A DNA stretch of 63,557 nucleotides, filler included, from Reclinomonas americana ATCC 50394 (Eukaryota), in the NCBI GenBank assembly GCA_048213135.1. It is 5 parts of 2 records of this genome, joined end to end, with 100 filler letters (N's around TTAATTAATTAA, not from the genome) between each part and the next. Parts side by side here need not be neighbours in the genome. Positions count along the whole stretch, not along the records: positions 1 to 18,468 come from PS015100.1; positions 18,569 to 28,076 come from PS015100.1; 3 more parts are not named here. One strand, 5' to 3'. A program made the translations under genes and the position numbers. The notes beneath the pieces are model-generated. The model searched no databases. It was not told the DNA's origin and was given only the letters and a program-made list of their open reading frames with translations. This document shows, piece after piece, positions 12,538-26,087 of the stretch. The stretch's first letter is position 1. Every line of letters begins with the position of its first letter.

Positions 12538-12718
12538 TTTGTGCTGTTGTCAGTGACAGAGAGAGAAATGGGGGAAAGAGAGAGAGAAGGAGAGCAGTTA
12601 GTGCATAGAGAGAAGGTGGAGGGACGAGAAGGAGAGAGCATCATTCAGGCATACCTCGCCTCACACCTGTGTTATTCCGTCGACCGGCACTCTGCCCACT
12701 TCGCTTCAATTGCGCCCA

Positions 12719-15052
12719 TGGACTTTCTCGGCTGCGATGAACCCCCCGTGGGCTCTCCCACAGCAGCAGCAGCCGCATCACGTGCGAGCAAGTCATCATC
12801 GACTGCAATGGTGTGTGTGTGTGTGTGTGTGTGTTTGATCGATCACCACCATGCCCACTCTTCTCTCGCACGCACAGCACGTGGACTCCACTGGTGCGCG
12901 TCGTGCCACTGCTGCACAGAAGAAGCGCGCGCGCGGGAGCACACGACACGACGATGACGATGACGAAGAAGATGATGACTTTGATGATGATGATGATGAT
13001 GCAATGCACGAGGACGACGACGACGATGACAGTGGCGAGTACGATGATGATGCACCAGTGGTCAAGCGATCGCGACGTGCATCAGCAGCAGCAAAGAAGA
13101 AGAGTGGGAAGAGTGGGAAACGAGGAGGCGGAAAACGCGCAAGTGCCTCTGCCTCTGTGGCGGCGGCCACGGTGAGTGCGACCAGTGAGGTGGCATTGGC
13201 GTATCCCGAGGCCGAGGGAGACGCGGGACCGGTGAGTGAAGAAGCGTCTTCTTGTGTAGTTGTGTGTGGTGACTGACAGCTGTGCGCAGGAGCGGTGAGC
13301 ACAAGCCCGGTGACGTTGTTGTTGGTGTTGAATAGACAGATGGTGACATGTAGTGTGCGCAGTGTCGATTTGGATGTGTATGAGGCGCGTCTGGCAGTGG
13401 GAAGATCGCGATCACTCAAGAAGGTTTTCTTCCTCTCGCGAGCGCGCGTCCGCTGCTGCTGCTGCTGCTGCCGACGCGCGTGTGTTTCTGCGTAGGTGAT
13501 TGAGCATGCGGCGAAGAAGCATCCGGGCAGCTGGCGATCGCAGTTTGCGTTGGGATTGTTGCATATTCGACTGGGTGATGCGGAACAGGTGCGTGCGTGT
13601 ATTTGCTGCGTTGTCGAGCATGGGAACTGAGTGAGACACGCAGGCGCAAGCGGCGTTTACGCGGGCCAAGGCGGCGTTTGCCAGTATGGTTGCGAAAGTG
13701 GTGGAGGTGCAGCGGCGGCAGGTACGCTCTCCCCCAGCCCCCGATTGAATGCCTGGCGCTGTCGCTCCTCACTCCGTGGTGCAGCATGTGCTGAGTGCGC
13801 TGCCGTCGGAGTTTGTGGCGCGCCTTCCGCCGCGGTTGCAGGCGCTCGAGGCCATGCTTGACAATCACCTGGCGCAGGCACAGGCCATGCACGGTGCCAG
13901 TGGAACTGTGTTGCAGAGTGTGCAGCAGCAGCTCACGGCCGCCACGAGAGTTTCGTGCAACAATCAATCTATGGATCCCCTTTCCTCTCTTACCGGCGTG
14001 TTGCCTCCTCCCGCCCGCAGAAAGACAATGGCCAGCCGGACATTTGGAATAATCTTGGCCTGTTGCATCTGAATGCCTCCAAGTGGGAGGGCGCCAAGAC
14101 CATCCTCACTCCGATCCACAAAATCTTCCCCGAATACTACGATGCGGTCACCAACTTGGCCCTGAGCTACTTTGGTGCCATGGACGTTGCGTCTTGTGAA
14201 GCGCTCTCCAACCCATCGACGACATGCGTCGCTGACAGCCGAAGAAATTGTGTGCCGTCGCAGTTCGAGACGGCCACTAAGTTGTACCAGGATGTGCTTC
14301 TCAGCGATCGCCAGCATCTGGAGGCACTGAGCAACTATGGCGTACTATTTTTGCGACAGCGTCTGTTACGTGGAGAGAGAGAGAGAGAAAGCGAGCGTGC
14401 GCGCGAGTGGGAGGTTCACTTACCGGTCGCTGCACAGGTTTCCGTACGCTGTCTCCATCTTTGAGGATGCACTCGAAGTCAATCCGCGCTCCGCCTACGT
14501 GTGGAACAATCTGGGCGTGTCCTACAGGTTTCTCAATCGTCTGCAAGATGCGCACGACTCGTTCGCCAAGGTGCGTTGTTATTTCGCAGTTCGTACTGGT
14601 GACAGCTGCTCATCTCTTGCGGCAGGCGGCCAAGCTAGAGACCACGGACGAAGTGCGACACATTATTCTCGTGAATCAGGCCTCGGCACTCGTCGGACTC
14701 AGCAGGTTCGACGAGGCCGAGGTCATTTACGAGCAAATTCTGGAGGCCACTGAACGTCGCTCGGCGCATGCGCTCATCGGCCTCGCGAGGGTGCGCTGCG
14801 TGTTTCGTTGCCGCTCAATACTTTGTATTGGCTAACTGTATCGAACAGTTGCGTGCACGGCGACAAGAGGAGCTGCTGCAGAGCGACGGCAAGACAGACG
14901 CCACTGACGCGCTTGCCGCACAAGGTGTGGTGTTGTCTCTCTTTCTCTCTCTCTCTCGGTGTTTCCTTACTCTTGCTTGTGCGAATACAGCGCTGGCAAC
15001 CTACATGGAGGCGTCTCGGCTCAACGACAAGGACTTTTATCCGCTGTTCCAG
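12719..15052 (+). CDS. TPR protein with acidic/basic low-complexity N-terminus, 5' and middle exons (copy on contig 12238-15077)
   Basis: PDIWNNLGLLHL, YDAVTNLALSY, EALSNYG, AYVWNNLGVSY; in-frame splicing includes a 5-nt exon at 13290-13294. Confidence 0.75.
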
Positions 15053-15097
15053 GTGACACATACGTCCCTATGCTCTGNNNNNNNNNNNNNNNNNNNN

Positions 15098-15168
<71 letters not shown>

Positions 15169-15171
15169 CGC

Positions 15172-16820
15172 AACAGACGCTGTCGCAAAAATAGTACGCC
15201 ATAGTTGCTCAGTGCCTCCAGATGCTGGCGGTCGCTGAGAAGCACATCCTGGTACAACTTGGTGGCCGTTTCGAACTGCGACGGCACACAATTTCTTCGG
15301 CTGTCAGCGACGCATGCAGTCGATGGGTTGGAGAGCGCTTCACAAGACGCAACGTCCATGGCACCAAAGTAGCTCAGGGCCAAGTTGGTGACCGCATCGT
15401 AGTATTCGGGGAAGATTTTGTGGATCGGAGTGAGGATGGTCTTGGCGCCCTCCCACTTGGAGGCATTCAGATGCAACAGGCCAAGATTATTCCAAATGTC
15501 CGGCTGGCCATTGTCTTTCTGCGGGCGGGAGGAGGCAACACACCGGTAAGAGAGGAAAGGGGATCCATAGATTGATTGTTGCACGAAACTCTCGTGGCGG
15601 CCGTGAGCTGCTGCTGCACACTCTGCAACACAGTTCCACTGGCACCGTGCATGGCCTGCGCCTGCGCCAGGTGATTGTCAAGCATGGCCTCGAGCGCCTG
15701 CAACCGCGGCGGAAGGCGCGCCACAAACTCCGACGGCAGCGCACTCAGCACATGCTGCACCACGAAGTGAGGAGCGACAGCGCCAGGCATTCAATCGGGG
15801 GCTGGGGGAGAGCGTACCTGCCGCCGCTGCACCTCCACCACTTTCGCAACCATGCTGGCAAACGCCGCCTTGGCCCGCGTAAACGCCGCTTGCGCCTGCG
15901 TGTCTCACTCAGTTCCCATGCTCGACAACGCAGCAAATACACGCACGCACCTGTTCCGCATCACCCAGTCGAATATGCAACAATCCCAACGCAAACTGCG
16001 ATCGCCAGCTGCCCGGATGCTTCTTCGCCGCATGCTCAATCACCTACGCAGAAACACACGCACGTCGGCAGCAGCAGCGGACGCGGAGACGCGCGCGAGA
16101 GGAACAAAACCTTCTTGAGCGATCGCGATCTTCCCACTGCCAGACGCGCCTCATACACATCCAAATCGACACTGCGCACACTACATGTCACCATCCTGTC
16201 TCTTCAACAACAACATCACCAGGCTTGTGCTCACCGCTCCTGCGCACAGCTGTCAGTCACCACACAACAACTACACAAGAAGACGCTTCTTCACTCACCG
16301 GTCCCGCGTCTCCCTCGGCCTCGGGATACGCCAATGCCACCTCACTGGCCGCACTCACCGTGGCCGCCGCCGAGGCAGAGGCACTTGCGCGCTTTCCGCC
16401 TCCTCGTTTCCCACTCTTCCCACTCTTCTTCTTTGCTGCTGCTGATGCACGTCGCGATCGCTTGACCACTGGTGCATCATCATCGTACTCGCCACTGTCA
16501 TCATCATCGTCGTCGTCGTCCTCGTGCATTGCATCATCGTCATCATCATCAAAGTCATCATCTTCTTCGTCATCGTCATCGTCGTGTCGTGTGCTCCCGC
16601 GTGCGCGCTTCTTCTGTGCAGCAGCAGTGGCACGACGCGCACCAGTGGAGTCCACGTGCTGTGCGTGCGAGAGAAGAGTGGGCATGGTGGTGATCGATCA
16701 AACACACACACACACACACACACCATTGCAGTCGATGATGACTTGCTCGCACGTGATGCGGATGCGGCGGCTGCTGTGGGAGAGCCCACGGGGGGTTCAT
16801 CGCAGCCGAGGAAATCCATG
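15172..16820 (-). CDS. Second, near-identical copy (likely other haplotype) of the TPR protein 5' exons
   Basis: Reverse-complement match to 12719-14370, differing by SNPs and repeat lengths. Confidence 0.75.
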
Positions 16821-16827
16821 AGCGCAA

Positions 16828-18093
16828 TTGAAGCGAAGTGGGTAGAGCGCCAGTCGACGAAAACACCACGGCCCACTACACCACAACCACATGCACGACT
16901 GAAGACGCCTTCCTTACGCAGCTCCGAGTCACTATGGGTGCCTCTCCCTCTTACGGTGAGTGTTGCATCGATCTCTTTCTCGCACACACACACACTCACT
17001 TTACACATCGCAGGCAATCTCAATCCGCTGCACCTTGCCACCATAAGAGAGTGAGTGAGTGCGTGACGCAGACGATGCATGCACGTTGCTCAGGCGTTGA
17101 CATTGTGTAGATGCCTGATGCACAACATCGAGGCCACCTTGCGCAAGTACAGAAAGGTATGCAACTGATGCTCGTGTCTGCGTCGCTCTTCCTGCTGCTG
17201 AGCATTCGCGCAGGTTATCAAGCTGACACCTCGCGGAAGCGCGGAAGAACGCAGTGTCCATGAGCTTGAACGCATTCTCACGCGACTGCGGCACCACCAC
17301 CATCGAATATCGGAGCGCGAGTGGCGCCAGGTGTGTCAGCAAGTGCTGCAGGCGATCAACCAGCTTCAACGCGTGCTCCCTGCCGAGTCCACGGTTGATT
17401 TCAACTCCGAGGCCAGCTCGTGTGCCTCGTGTGTCGTTGATCCTCCCGAGAGCGACGACTCCAGTGACGCTGGCCTTGAGTCCAGCGGCGAGGAGTCGGA
17501 CGATTTGCAAAGTTGGGGCGACGACGCCGGCCACCCACGAGGTTCTGATGAGCGTCGCTGATGCTGTGGGTCTCTCCCTGCGCACTGACACGTACACTAT
17601 AGAACCTGTCGATTTGACGCCGCCCCGACTTCGCGGTCGCAAGTCGGTGTCGACGGAGATTCAAGTCGGGTCTCGCGGTGGCCTTTTCTTGGAGGTCGAG
17701 TCCAAGAAAACCGGTCGCCAGTACACTTGCTATCTAGCCGCCGGTGAACGCGCGGTCGTTGAGTCGTGGATGAAACAGTACTTTGAGCGACAAGCAGCTG
17801 CTCTGGTCTCGAGCGATCTGATCGATCCTGCTGCTGGTGCGGGTCTGTCGCAGTAAGGCGTGAGTACAAGTGACACGGTGTAATAGTCAAGCATGCAGCG
17901 AGTTGCACGCTGTGAGTCCGCTCTTCCGATATCGATTGAAATCTGATGCAAGCGCGCGCCCTTTTCCCTCCACGATGGCCGCGTTATGAGATGTGCGGAA
18001 GACAGCAGCATTCGTGAAGAAAACCACTGCAGTGACCGTCTTTCCTGGTCAGTTGAAGCGAAGTGCGGTAGAGTGCCAGTCGACGGAACAACA
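16828..18093. repeat. Imperfect direct repeats of about 38 bp (16828-16866, 18053-18093) bracketing a 1.2-kb segment
   Basis: TTGAAGCGAAGTG(C)GGTAGAGYGCCAGTCGACG occurs at both ends; the other copy has a single version at about 12670-12710. Confidence 0.7.
16934..17856 (+). CDS. Hypothetical 5-exon protein on a segment present in only one of the two copies
   Basis: Exons splice in frame through four GT-AG introns: MGASPSYG-NLNPLHLATIRE-CLMHNIEATLRKYRK-VIKL...HPR-EPVDL...GSRGGLFLEVESKKTGRQY...stop. Confidence 0.6.
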
Positions 18094-18213
18094 CTTTGTG
18101 AGGCGAGGTATGCCTGAATGATGCTCTCTCCTTCTCGCCCCTCACCTTCTCTCTATGCACTGACTGCTCTCCTTCTCTCTCTCTTTCCCCCATGTCACTG
18201 ACAACAGCACAAA

Positions 18214-18402
18214 ATGGACGAGAAGCTCACAGTGATCTTTGACTTTGGGTCGGACTCGTGCAAGGCCGGGTTCGCCGGCGACGATGCGCCCACACTCATT
18301 GCGCCTTCCATGGGTACATACAACAATACACACACAGAGAGAAAGAGAAAAGAGAAAGAGAGAATGCTGCTCGTCCGCGGTCTGCATTGCTTCTTGGTCA
18401 CT

Positions 18403-18468
<66 letters not shown>

Positions 18469-20185
18469 NNNNNNNNNNNNNNNNNNNNNNNNNNNNNNNN
18501 NNNNNNNNNNNNTTAATTAATTAANNNNNNNNNNNNNNNNNNNNNNNNNNNNNNNNNNNNNNNNNNNNCAAACATGACGACCCGCCGGTGCACACAATCG
18601 ACTGCAACAGCTCCGCGCGCAGATCCATGTCGCACTTGTTGATCGACGACATGACAAGCTCGGCCACACCTCGTTCCTCGGTGCCGATGGTGGTCGGGTG
18701 GAAGAGCGCCTCGGAGCACTTGAAGAGCTCCGACTGCAACTCCACCATCTCTGAGCCCTCGCCCAACTGGAACGGTACCGGTCGTGTGCCCGACGCATCT
18801 ACATACGTCGATGAGCAGTCGCCGCAATTCACCACACAATCGAGCCCACACGCCTCACCTCGTCGATGGTCCGTCGAGCAGAACGCGTACTGCTCCTTTA
18901 ATCGCTTGCACGTGTCTCGCTCCGCCGCAGTCCGCACATGCAAATCGTGCTCCGCCAACAACTGCACCCCACATGAGCCACGACGGAGTATTCCCTCGCT
19001 CTCTCTCTACCCACTCCACGCGCAACTCGAATAAAGTGATCAGTGACATCGCGTCCGCCAATCTTCGACAGCTCCACCGCGCTGCTGACGGCGAACCCAT
19101 CAAACACCGGAATCGTGTGCATCTGCGAGTGGCCCACGTCGATGACGAGCCCTGTATGGAACACTTGAGCACAGACAATGGGTGGGGAAACGAGAGAGAG
19201 CAGATGAAGGTACTCGCCAGTGAGACGCCCCGTGGAGTAGATGGACAACAGTCCCTGCAACGCGAAAAACACCGACGACGCCGAGTACNNNNNNNNNNNN
19301 NNNNNNNNNNNNNNNNNNNNNNNNNNNNNNNNNNNNNNNNNNNNNNNNNNNNNNNNNNNNNNNNNNNNNNNNNNNNNNNNNNNNNNNNNNNNNNNNNNNN
19401 NNNNNNNNNNNNNNNNNNNNNNNNNNNNNNNNNNNNNNNNNNNNNNNNNNNNNNNNNNNNNNNNNNNNNNNNNNNNNNNNNNNNNNNNNNNNNNNNNNNN
19501 NNNNNNNNNNNNNNNNNNNNNNNNNNNNNNNNNNNNNNNNNNNNNNNNNNNNNNNNNNNNNNNNNNNNNNNNNNNNNNNNNNNNNNNNNNNNNNNNNNNN
19601 NNNNNNNNNNNNNNNNNNNNNNNNNNNNNNNNNNNNNNNNNNNNNNNNNNNNNNNNNNNNNNNNNNNNNNNNNNNNNNNNNNNNNNNNNNNNNNNNNNNN
19701 NNNNNNNNNNNNNNNNNNNNNNNNNNNNNNNNNNNNNNNNNNNNNNNNNNNNNNNNNNNNNNNNNNNNNNNNNNNNNNNNNNNNNNNNNNNNNNNNNNNN
19801 NNNNNNNNNNNNNNNNNNNNNNNNNNNNNNNNNNNNNNNNNNNNNNNNNNNNNNNNNNNNNNNNNNNNNNNNNNNNNNNTAATGGTTTGTCTTTTCCCCT
19901 TCGGTCGCATCGTATCTTTCTATCTCTCCCTCCCTCCCTCTCTCTCTCTCCGTTCGTATCTTCCCTTGCCTGACCGCGTGTGCAGGATTCGGCAACCGGC
20001 TCACACAGGGACTGCTCGAGCGCGCACCCTACGCGCGCACCAAGGTCGTGCTGCCGAAGGATCGCAGATACGGCGTGTGGGCGGGCGCGTCGACGTTTGC
20101 GTCGTTTAGTGTGTTCCCACAGTTGCGGATCACCAAGGAGGAGTACGAGGAGAATGGGCCAGCGATTTTGCACACGCGCATGTGA
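18214..20185. CDS. Actin-related protein split over contigs: exon 1 on + at 18214, middle exons on - at 18569-19288, last exon on + at about 19986-20185
   Basis: DFGSDSCKAGFAG; TGLVIDVG; LFKCSEALFHP; SINKCDMDLRAEL..IVCTGGSS; AERYTACGRARRR region ending WITKEEYEENGPAILH-like motif. Confidence 0.75.
18513..18524. other. Artificial scaffold-joining spacer TTAATTAATTAA (also 28121-28132, 41809-41820, 54886-54897)
   Basis: Identical 12-mer with stops in all six frames, always flanked by N runs of about 44. Confidence 0.95.
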
Positions 20186-20253
20186 TGCGATGCGGAGGGG
20201 CAGCGTAGAGTGGGAACGAAGAATACAGCACCACTGTTGCTTCGCTCTATTTT

Positions 20254-23200
20254 TCAAAATCCACTTGAACCACCACCACCACCACCACCACTACCACTAC
20301 CACTACCACTACCACTGCCACTGCCGCTCGCCGCACCCCCTGACGATGATCCCGAGGCGGCAGCCGACGGCGTGGCTCCTGTCAGGGAGGTGCTAATGCC
20401 CAGTTGCTGCTGGAGATCGGCGTTTGCGTATGGACTTTCGGTGGTCTGGTACGCAAACCAGTATGCGCCACACATCGGGCAGTGCAAATCGAAGAGTGGC
20501 GGCGTTTGCTGCTCCGCGTCCAGCGAATGCAATCGGTAGCAGCGCGAGCACACCAACCACGGGGGTGACGGGTTCATCGACTTGCTCACCACGTCCACGA
20601 GCGCATGCAGCAGCGATTCGTCCACCAGACGCGGCTGTGAAAAAGGAAAATCAACAATCAAGTCCACTTCGGAAACAGGGGGAAAACACACTCGCACCTT
20701 GATATGCGGGAGCGACAGCGGGTGGATGCGCGACATGAGCTGGCCAATGCCCAGCGAGAAAATGATGCGATGGGGCACGGGTCGGTCAAACAGCTGGTGG
20801 GCGTCGTACGGAACCGGATCGACGTTGCGGCGTTGCCGCCACGCAAAGACGCTGGTGTGCGTGATGTTCTGCTCGTGCGGATGGTCTACCCTCCACGCTT
20901 TCAGCTGGGTTCTGCGGTGCGAGGGACAAAGAGAGAGAGAGAGGGAGAAAGAAAAGGACACACACGCGGAGTAAAAAGAAAAAGAGAGAGAGAGAGAATG
21001 AGAAAGAGAGAGAGAGAGAGGTCAGCTCACAGACAGGGCACGCCGTCGCGCAGAAACAAGACCGCACCGCATGTCCATGAGCGCATTCTTCATGTTGTTC
21101 GACAACTCGGGGCGATTGATGATGCTCTTGAGAATGCGGTTGGCCAGCTCAAACATGCTCTCGAGCCCTCGATTACGCAGCTCTGCCACTGCCGCGTCGG
21201 CAAAGAGCAACAGAAGCATCAGACGTTGAAGCCGCCAGTCTTCGTTGACCGTGTCGTTCGCCTGCACGTGCACAATGAGGACGAGGAGAGCAGACAATGG
21301 CTACTGGCGAGGTCGACAAACCGTGGCCGTGGTGTCGTACGTCACGTCCACTGCTCAAGGAAGTGGTGAGTGACATGAGAGTCTCGCCAAACTCACAATT
21401 GACGCAACTGGGGCGGAACAACATCCAAGTGTCCATCATTCGCTGATACAGAATCTCGTGCAAGACGTTGAGGAAGGGCATTGTACGCCGCAGGTCGCCT
21501 GCACAAACAATACTGAGTATGTGCTCAACCGACAATCGCATGTTAGTGGTGAAGAGAACACAACTGGCACTGGCCGCGTGGCATGCACGGATGTACGATT
21601 CACGCTGCGCATCGGCGGCTTGCGCTGTACGAGGAGAACACGAGCGCATGTGAGTATCTTGCAGCAACGACACACAATTCCCCTCCACACGCACTGTGAT
21701 CAAACTGGACACCCAGCAGACGAGACAGCGATTGGAACGACTGCTCCTCCATGATGCGAAGCTGCACGGCCAGCAACTGCGGCCACATCTTGTCCGACAT
21801 GCTACGCACGACAATGATGAGCCAAGACAATAAACACAAAGGCACAACGAAAACAGATCGCGAACCGACACAGGTATTGTTGCATCCACGCAAACGGTAA
21901 CCGCATGCTCTCCTTGTTTCGCGACTGTGCCGCCATGTTTCGCGTCAACAGTGTGTGCGCAGTTGCCACAATATCTGCGGCGCTTCATCAGCCATCCAGT
22001 GGCAGAAATGAGACATGATCACATACACCGCGCCACGCACTATCCATGGCCTCGGAGCCTTCCGAAAAAATGGCGAGCAGTGCCGCGACATCGAATGGAT
22101 CCGAGTGCTGCCACATGCACATTTCGAGGCGCGCCGCTACATATTGCGCAACTTGTGCACATTCACTCGGTGGCAGATCTGGGAGGCACGCGGTTAGTCC
22201 ACGAGAACACACACACACACTTGGTTGGTCAGCAATGCACCTCGATTTCTGCCTTTCGTTGGCAGCAGAATACTCGACAGCGGCACGAAATGCAAGTGAT
22301 GCCACTCATCGAGGTACGCCACACAGGTGCTGTGGTACGAGAAGCAGAAGCGGACCATGACACGCCGACGCCATTCACCGTGTTCCTCCGTCATGTCGGT
22401 CATTGTTGCATCCGAGTCGGCACTGGCACTGCCTTCGCCCATACGTGATCGCTTGCGCGGTGCTGTGTGGAATGTGAGCAGGAAGTGACGAGAAATGCAG
22501 GCGACCACAGCAAAAAAGCGCGTCTCACGTTCGCCATCGGCCGCCGCGGCAGCGTCCTCGGCTGTCGGGTGCGGTCGCAGTGGCACACTGCCCAAGCGAT
22601 GCAAGTTGTGACTGCGAATGCAATCATGTGAGTCCTTCACAGAAGCAGCAATATAAGAGCGGGTGAGTGACGCACATGTTCGAGACGTGGATGGTGCTCT
22701 GGTCGTGTGCCAAGTAGGCCACCATGTTTCCATCGGGCGACACCAGCATTTGTCCGTATTCAGACTGCGTGACGACAGTCAGAAGCAAAGAGAAAGAAGA
22801 GTGCAGTCACCTGTCTCCCAGATACACAACATCGTGCTTGATCGCCGAGCGCGGCTTGGTCGGGTGCTTCACCTCCACCGATCGGTCCTTGTCCACGTCC
22901 AAGTGCTCGCCGGTATCACGCACGCCCCAGCTGCTGACTAGCAACTCTGTGTCCGTGTGGGTGGTACACAAGACATTGAAGCTGCCGTTGTGGTCAGCAA
23001 TCGCCAGCGACACCAGTGAAGCCGAGGGATCATCCGAGGCTGCACCGTGCTCACATAAGCACCAGAATAAAAACGGTGAGAGCATGCGAAATCGCAACTG
23101 ATGAATGGCTCCGACTGACGAACTCGTGCGTCCATGGCTGTGGGAAGGGGAGCGGGGGGTTAAGCTACAGAATCAAAAATATGTGGATTGTGCGAGGATG

Positions 23201-24514
23201 CGCGCGAAACAATCATCGGTGAACTCCAGACGAACGACAAACATGGAGACCTCGGCCGGACTGCGCATTCCACTGTGATGGATCACGATAGCCACGTCTC
23301 CCGCTGCGCAGCATCGGGGCATGAGTCACGTAAAAAAGGTGAATGTGCGTGAATAGGAGTCCACACTCAACAAGGAAGCAGGCGAACATCAGCAGCCGTC
23401 ACTTTCCAGTGCGACGCCACGCCCGGCAACTGCAGCTGCGAGCGCACAAAGAGACCTCCGTCGGGTCTCGGGAGGGACGCTTCGTGGTAGATGACCATCT
23501 GCACATTGTCAAGGTGATTGACTGTTTGCTTGCAATCTCAACGTGTGAGAGAACGCACCTCGCCATTGGAGACCACCAAGCAGAACGCACTCAAGCTCCG
23601 TGCTCCTCGCGCTGAAGAGAATCAAGTGAGCGTGGAGAGAGAGATAAACCACAGTCAAACAGCACTCGCACCATGCACGGGCGTGATGCGAAGACCAGGC
23701 ACTGGTTCCCGTTGGCCGGCATCCACCACAATCTACAATGCAAAACACACGTGGGTTGACTGAGAGAAGGAAAAGTGTGTGTGTGTGTGAAAGAGAGAGA
23801 GAAAGAGAGAGAGAGAGACAAACAAATGGAGAGAAACACAGATTTTTGAGCGAGAGAAAGAAGAAAAGCGGGAGAGAGCGAGCTTGAGAGACCATGAGAA
23901 GGAGAGGGGGAGGAAATGGTAGAGAGAAGGAAAGTGATCGAGAGCCAATGTAACACACCCGTCGACCAAACGGCAGCCATCGCGCCGCAACAACCGTGCG
24001 CATCTCCGACGACGAGAATATCTCACTCATGAAGCTCTTGCATCCACGCTGCATGTTTTACAACCGCAATCAGTGTCCAGCTACGCAAGTGCCATCGCAG
24101 ACACACGCACCGCCATTTGCCACACCGCCAAGTCGCCCGCCTGATCAATCGACAGTAGTCGCTGGTGATTCGACGGTGTGCCCCATTCCAGGAATGACAC
24201 GGGGAATGCATGTGCTGCGTGGAGGGAGAGGGTGGGGAGGGGGAGGGAGGAAGGGGAGTGAGGGAGAAGGAGGGAGGGGGAGGGAGGGGGGAGGGGGGCA
24301 GATGAGAGGAGAGGAGGGAAATGGAGAGACAGTGAGAAGCAGTGAGAGGAAGGAGAATAAGTGAGAGACACGGAGAAAAAGAGTGTCCGCAGCAGACAGC
24401 GAGAGACCGGGAGAGTAAGGGACAGGCAGTGAGAGGCAGAAAGAGGCAGGAGAGAAAGGGAGAGACTGCGAGAGAGTGGAAAGGGAGAGAGAGGGTCAGC
24501 AGCAGACAGCGAGA

Positions 24515-24557
<43 letters not shown>

Positions 24558-25860
24558 GAGACAGAGAAAAGAGACAGAGACAGACAGACAGACAGACAGA
24601 GAGAGAGAGAGGCAGAAAGCGAGAAAGGGAGAGACAGTGAGAGGCAGTGAGAGGCAGGAAGACGCAGGAGAGGAAGGGAGAGACAGCGAGAGTGGAAAGG
24701 AAGAGAGCAGGTCAGCAGCAGACTGAAAAGAGAGACAAACAGACAGACAGAGAGACAGAGACAAAGAGACAGACAGACAGACAGAGAGAGAGAGAGAGAG
24801 ACACGGAGAAAGGGAAAGGCAGCGAAAGGCAGGGAGAGGAAGGAGAGGAAGGGAGACAGCAAGAGAGTAGAATGGAAGGAGAAGGTCAACAGACAGACAA
24901 CAGGCAGACAGACAACAGACAGTGAGAGAGGGGAGAGAGAGTGTGTGCAGAGAGTGGGAGACCGAGAGAGGGAGAGAGACAACAAGCAGACAATTAATTC
25001 TCCAGCCGTCCACCCACTCACCAGTGCGCAATAACGTGTATCTCGCCGGCATGGACGCATCGACCAGCACAATCGGGAATCGCCTACATACACGCACACA
25101 ATCAGCATCCCAGCATCCGACGATGACACGGACAACTGCGATCAAAATACGCAGCTGCACAGTGCGCGCCGAGGTCTCACACGACACACTCTCCGCCGTG
25201 CTCATTGCAATCACATTGTGCGGTGAGTGCGCCATTACAGCACACACTCGCTCAGTGGCCGCGGCTGCACAACGACAGTCAGTGTGTGAGAGAGAGAGAG
25301 AGAGAGACAGAGAGGGAGAGGGAGAGGGAGAGAGACAGAGAAGAAGAGAAGCGGAGAAAGTGAGACACACACACACACACACACAGAGAGAGACAAAGAC
25401 GGGGAGAGAGATTGAGGACGAGGCACAGAGACAGAGAGGGACAGAGAGACAGAGACAGAGAGACAGAGAAAGACTTGCACATAGAGACACAGAGACACAC
25501 AAAGACAGAGAGACAGAGACAGAGACAGAGAGACACAGAGACAGAGAGACGGTGAGACAACAGACCTTCCGCCAGAGAGCGCTTCTTGTCGCCCTTCATG
25601 ACCAGCGAGCGCACCAATGCACCAGTTCCCATGGACGCCACTGCTGCAGCAGCAGCACTGCTCTCTGCTGCAGCAGTCGAGGAAGACGACGCGCCCACAC
25701 TCACACAACTCGACTCCACATCCTCTCCCACCTGTCAGAGAAGAGAGTGAGAGTGAGCGCGCAAGACAATGACTGTGCACAGAGAGAAAGAGTGTGTGTG
25801 CGTAACGAGGTCTGCAGTGGAGAGAGGCAGCGCAATGTGCGCGCACCACAAGTCGTCCAT
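20254..25860 (-). CDS. MED16: Mediator complex subunit 16-like
   Basis: N-terminal propeller segments (AHSPHNVIAM; HAFPVSFLEWGTPSNHQRLLSIDQAGDLAVWQM) and C-terminal Zn motif CSRC...CPMCGAYW match MED16 as I remember it; many exons; start position approximate. Confidence 0.7.
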
Positions 25861-26087
25861 GACAAAAGTGCGTGCGATGACGTCATGCATCGTCTGTCCC
25901 CGCATCTGTCCGCACTTCAACTTTTTGTGTGTCACTGTGTGAAGTACAGACAACACAGGTGCGTCAATCACACAGTACACACGCGCGGGTGTCACATACC
26001 TACGCACGAACGCTTCTTTTCCTCTTATGTGTGTCGCACATGGCCATCGATGCAACCTTTGTCTCACGCTCTTCCTCACAGCAACCA

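Noticed and set aside
12238-18468. Large inverted duplication or palindrome
   Set aside because: The arms are separate gap-bounded contigs differing by SNPs and microsatellite lengths; most likely two haplotypes co-scaffolded.
18513-18524. Palindromic TTAATTAATTAA recurring four times
   Set aside because: Always embedded in N runs and gives six-frame stops: an artificial linker. Gene adjacency across it is not evidence of linkage.
24023-25502. Long Ser/Leu/Cys- or Arg/Glu-rich ORFs (also 44944-47426 and 57232-58417)
   Set aside because: They are translations of low-complexity intronic repeats that lack stops by composition.
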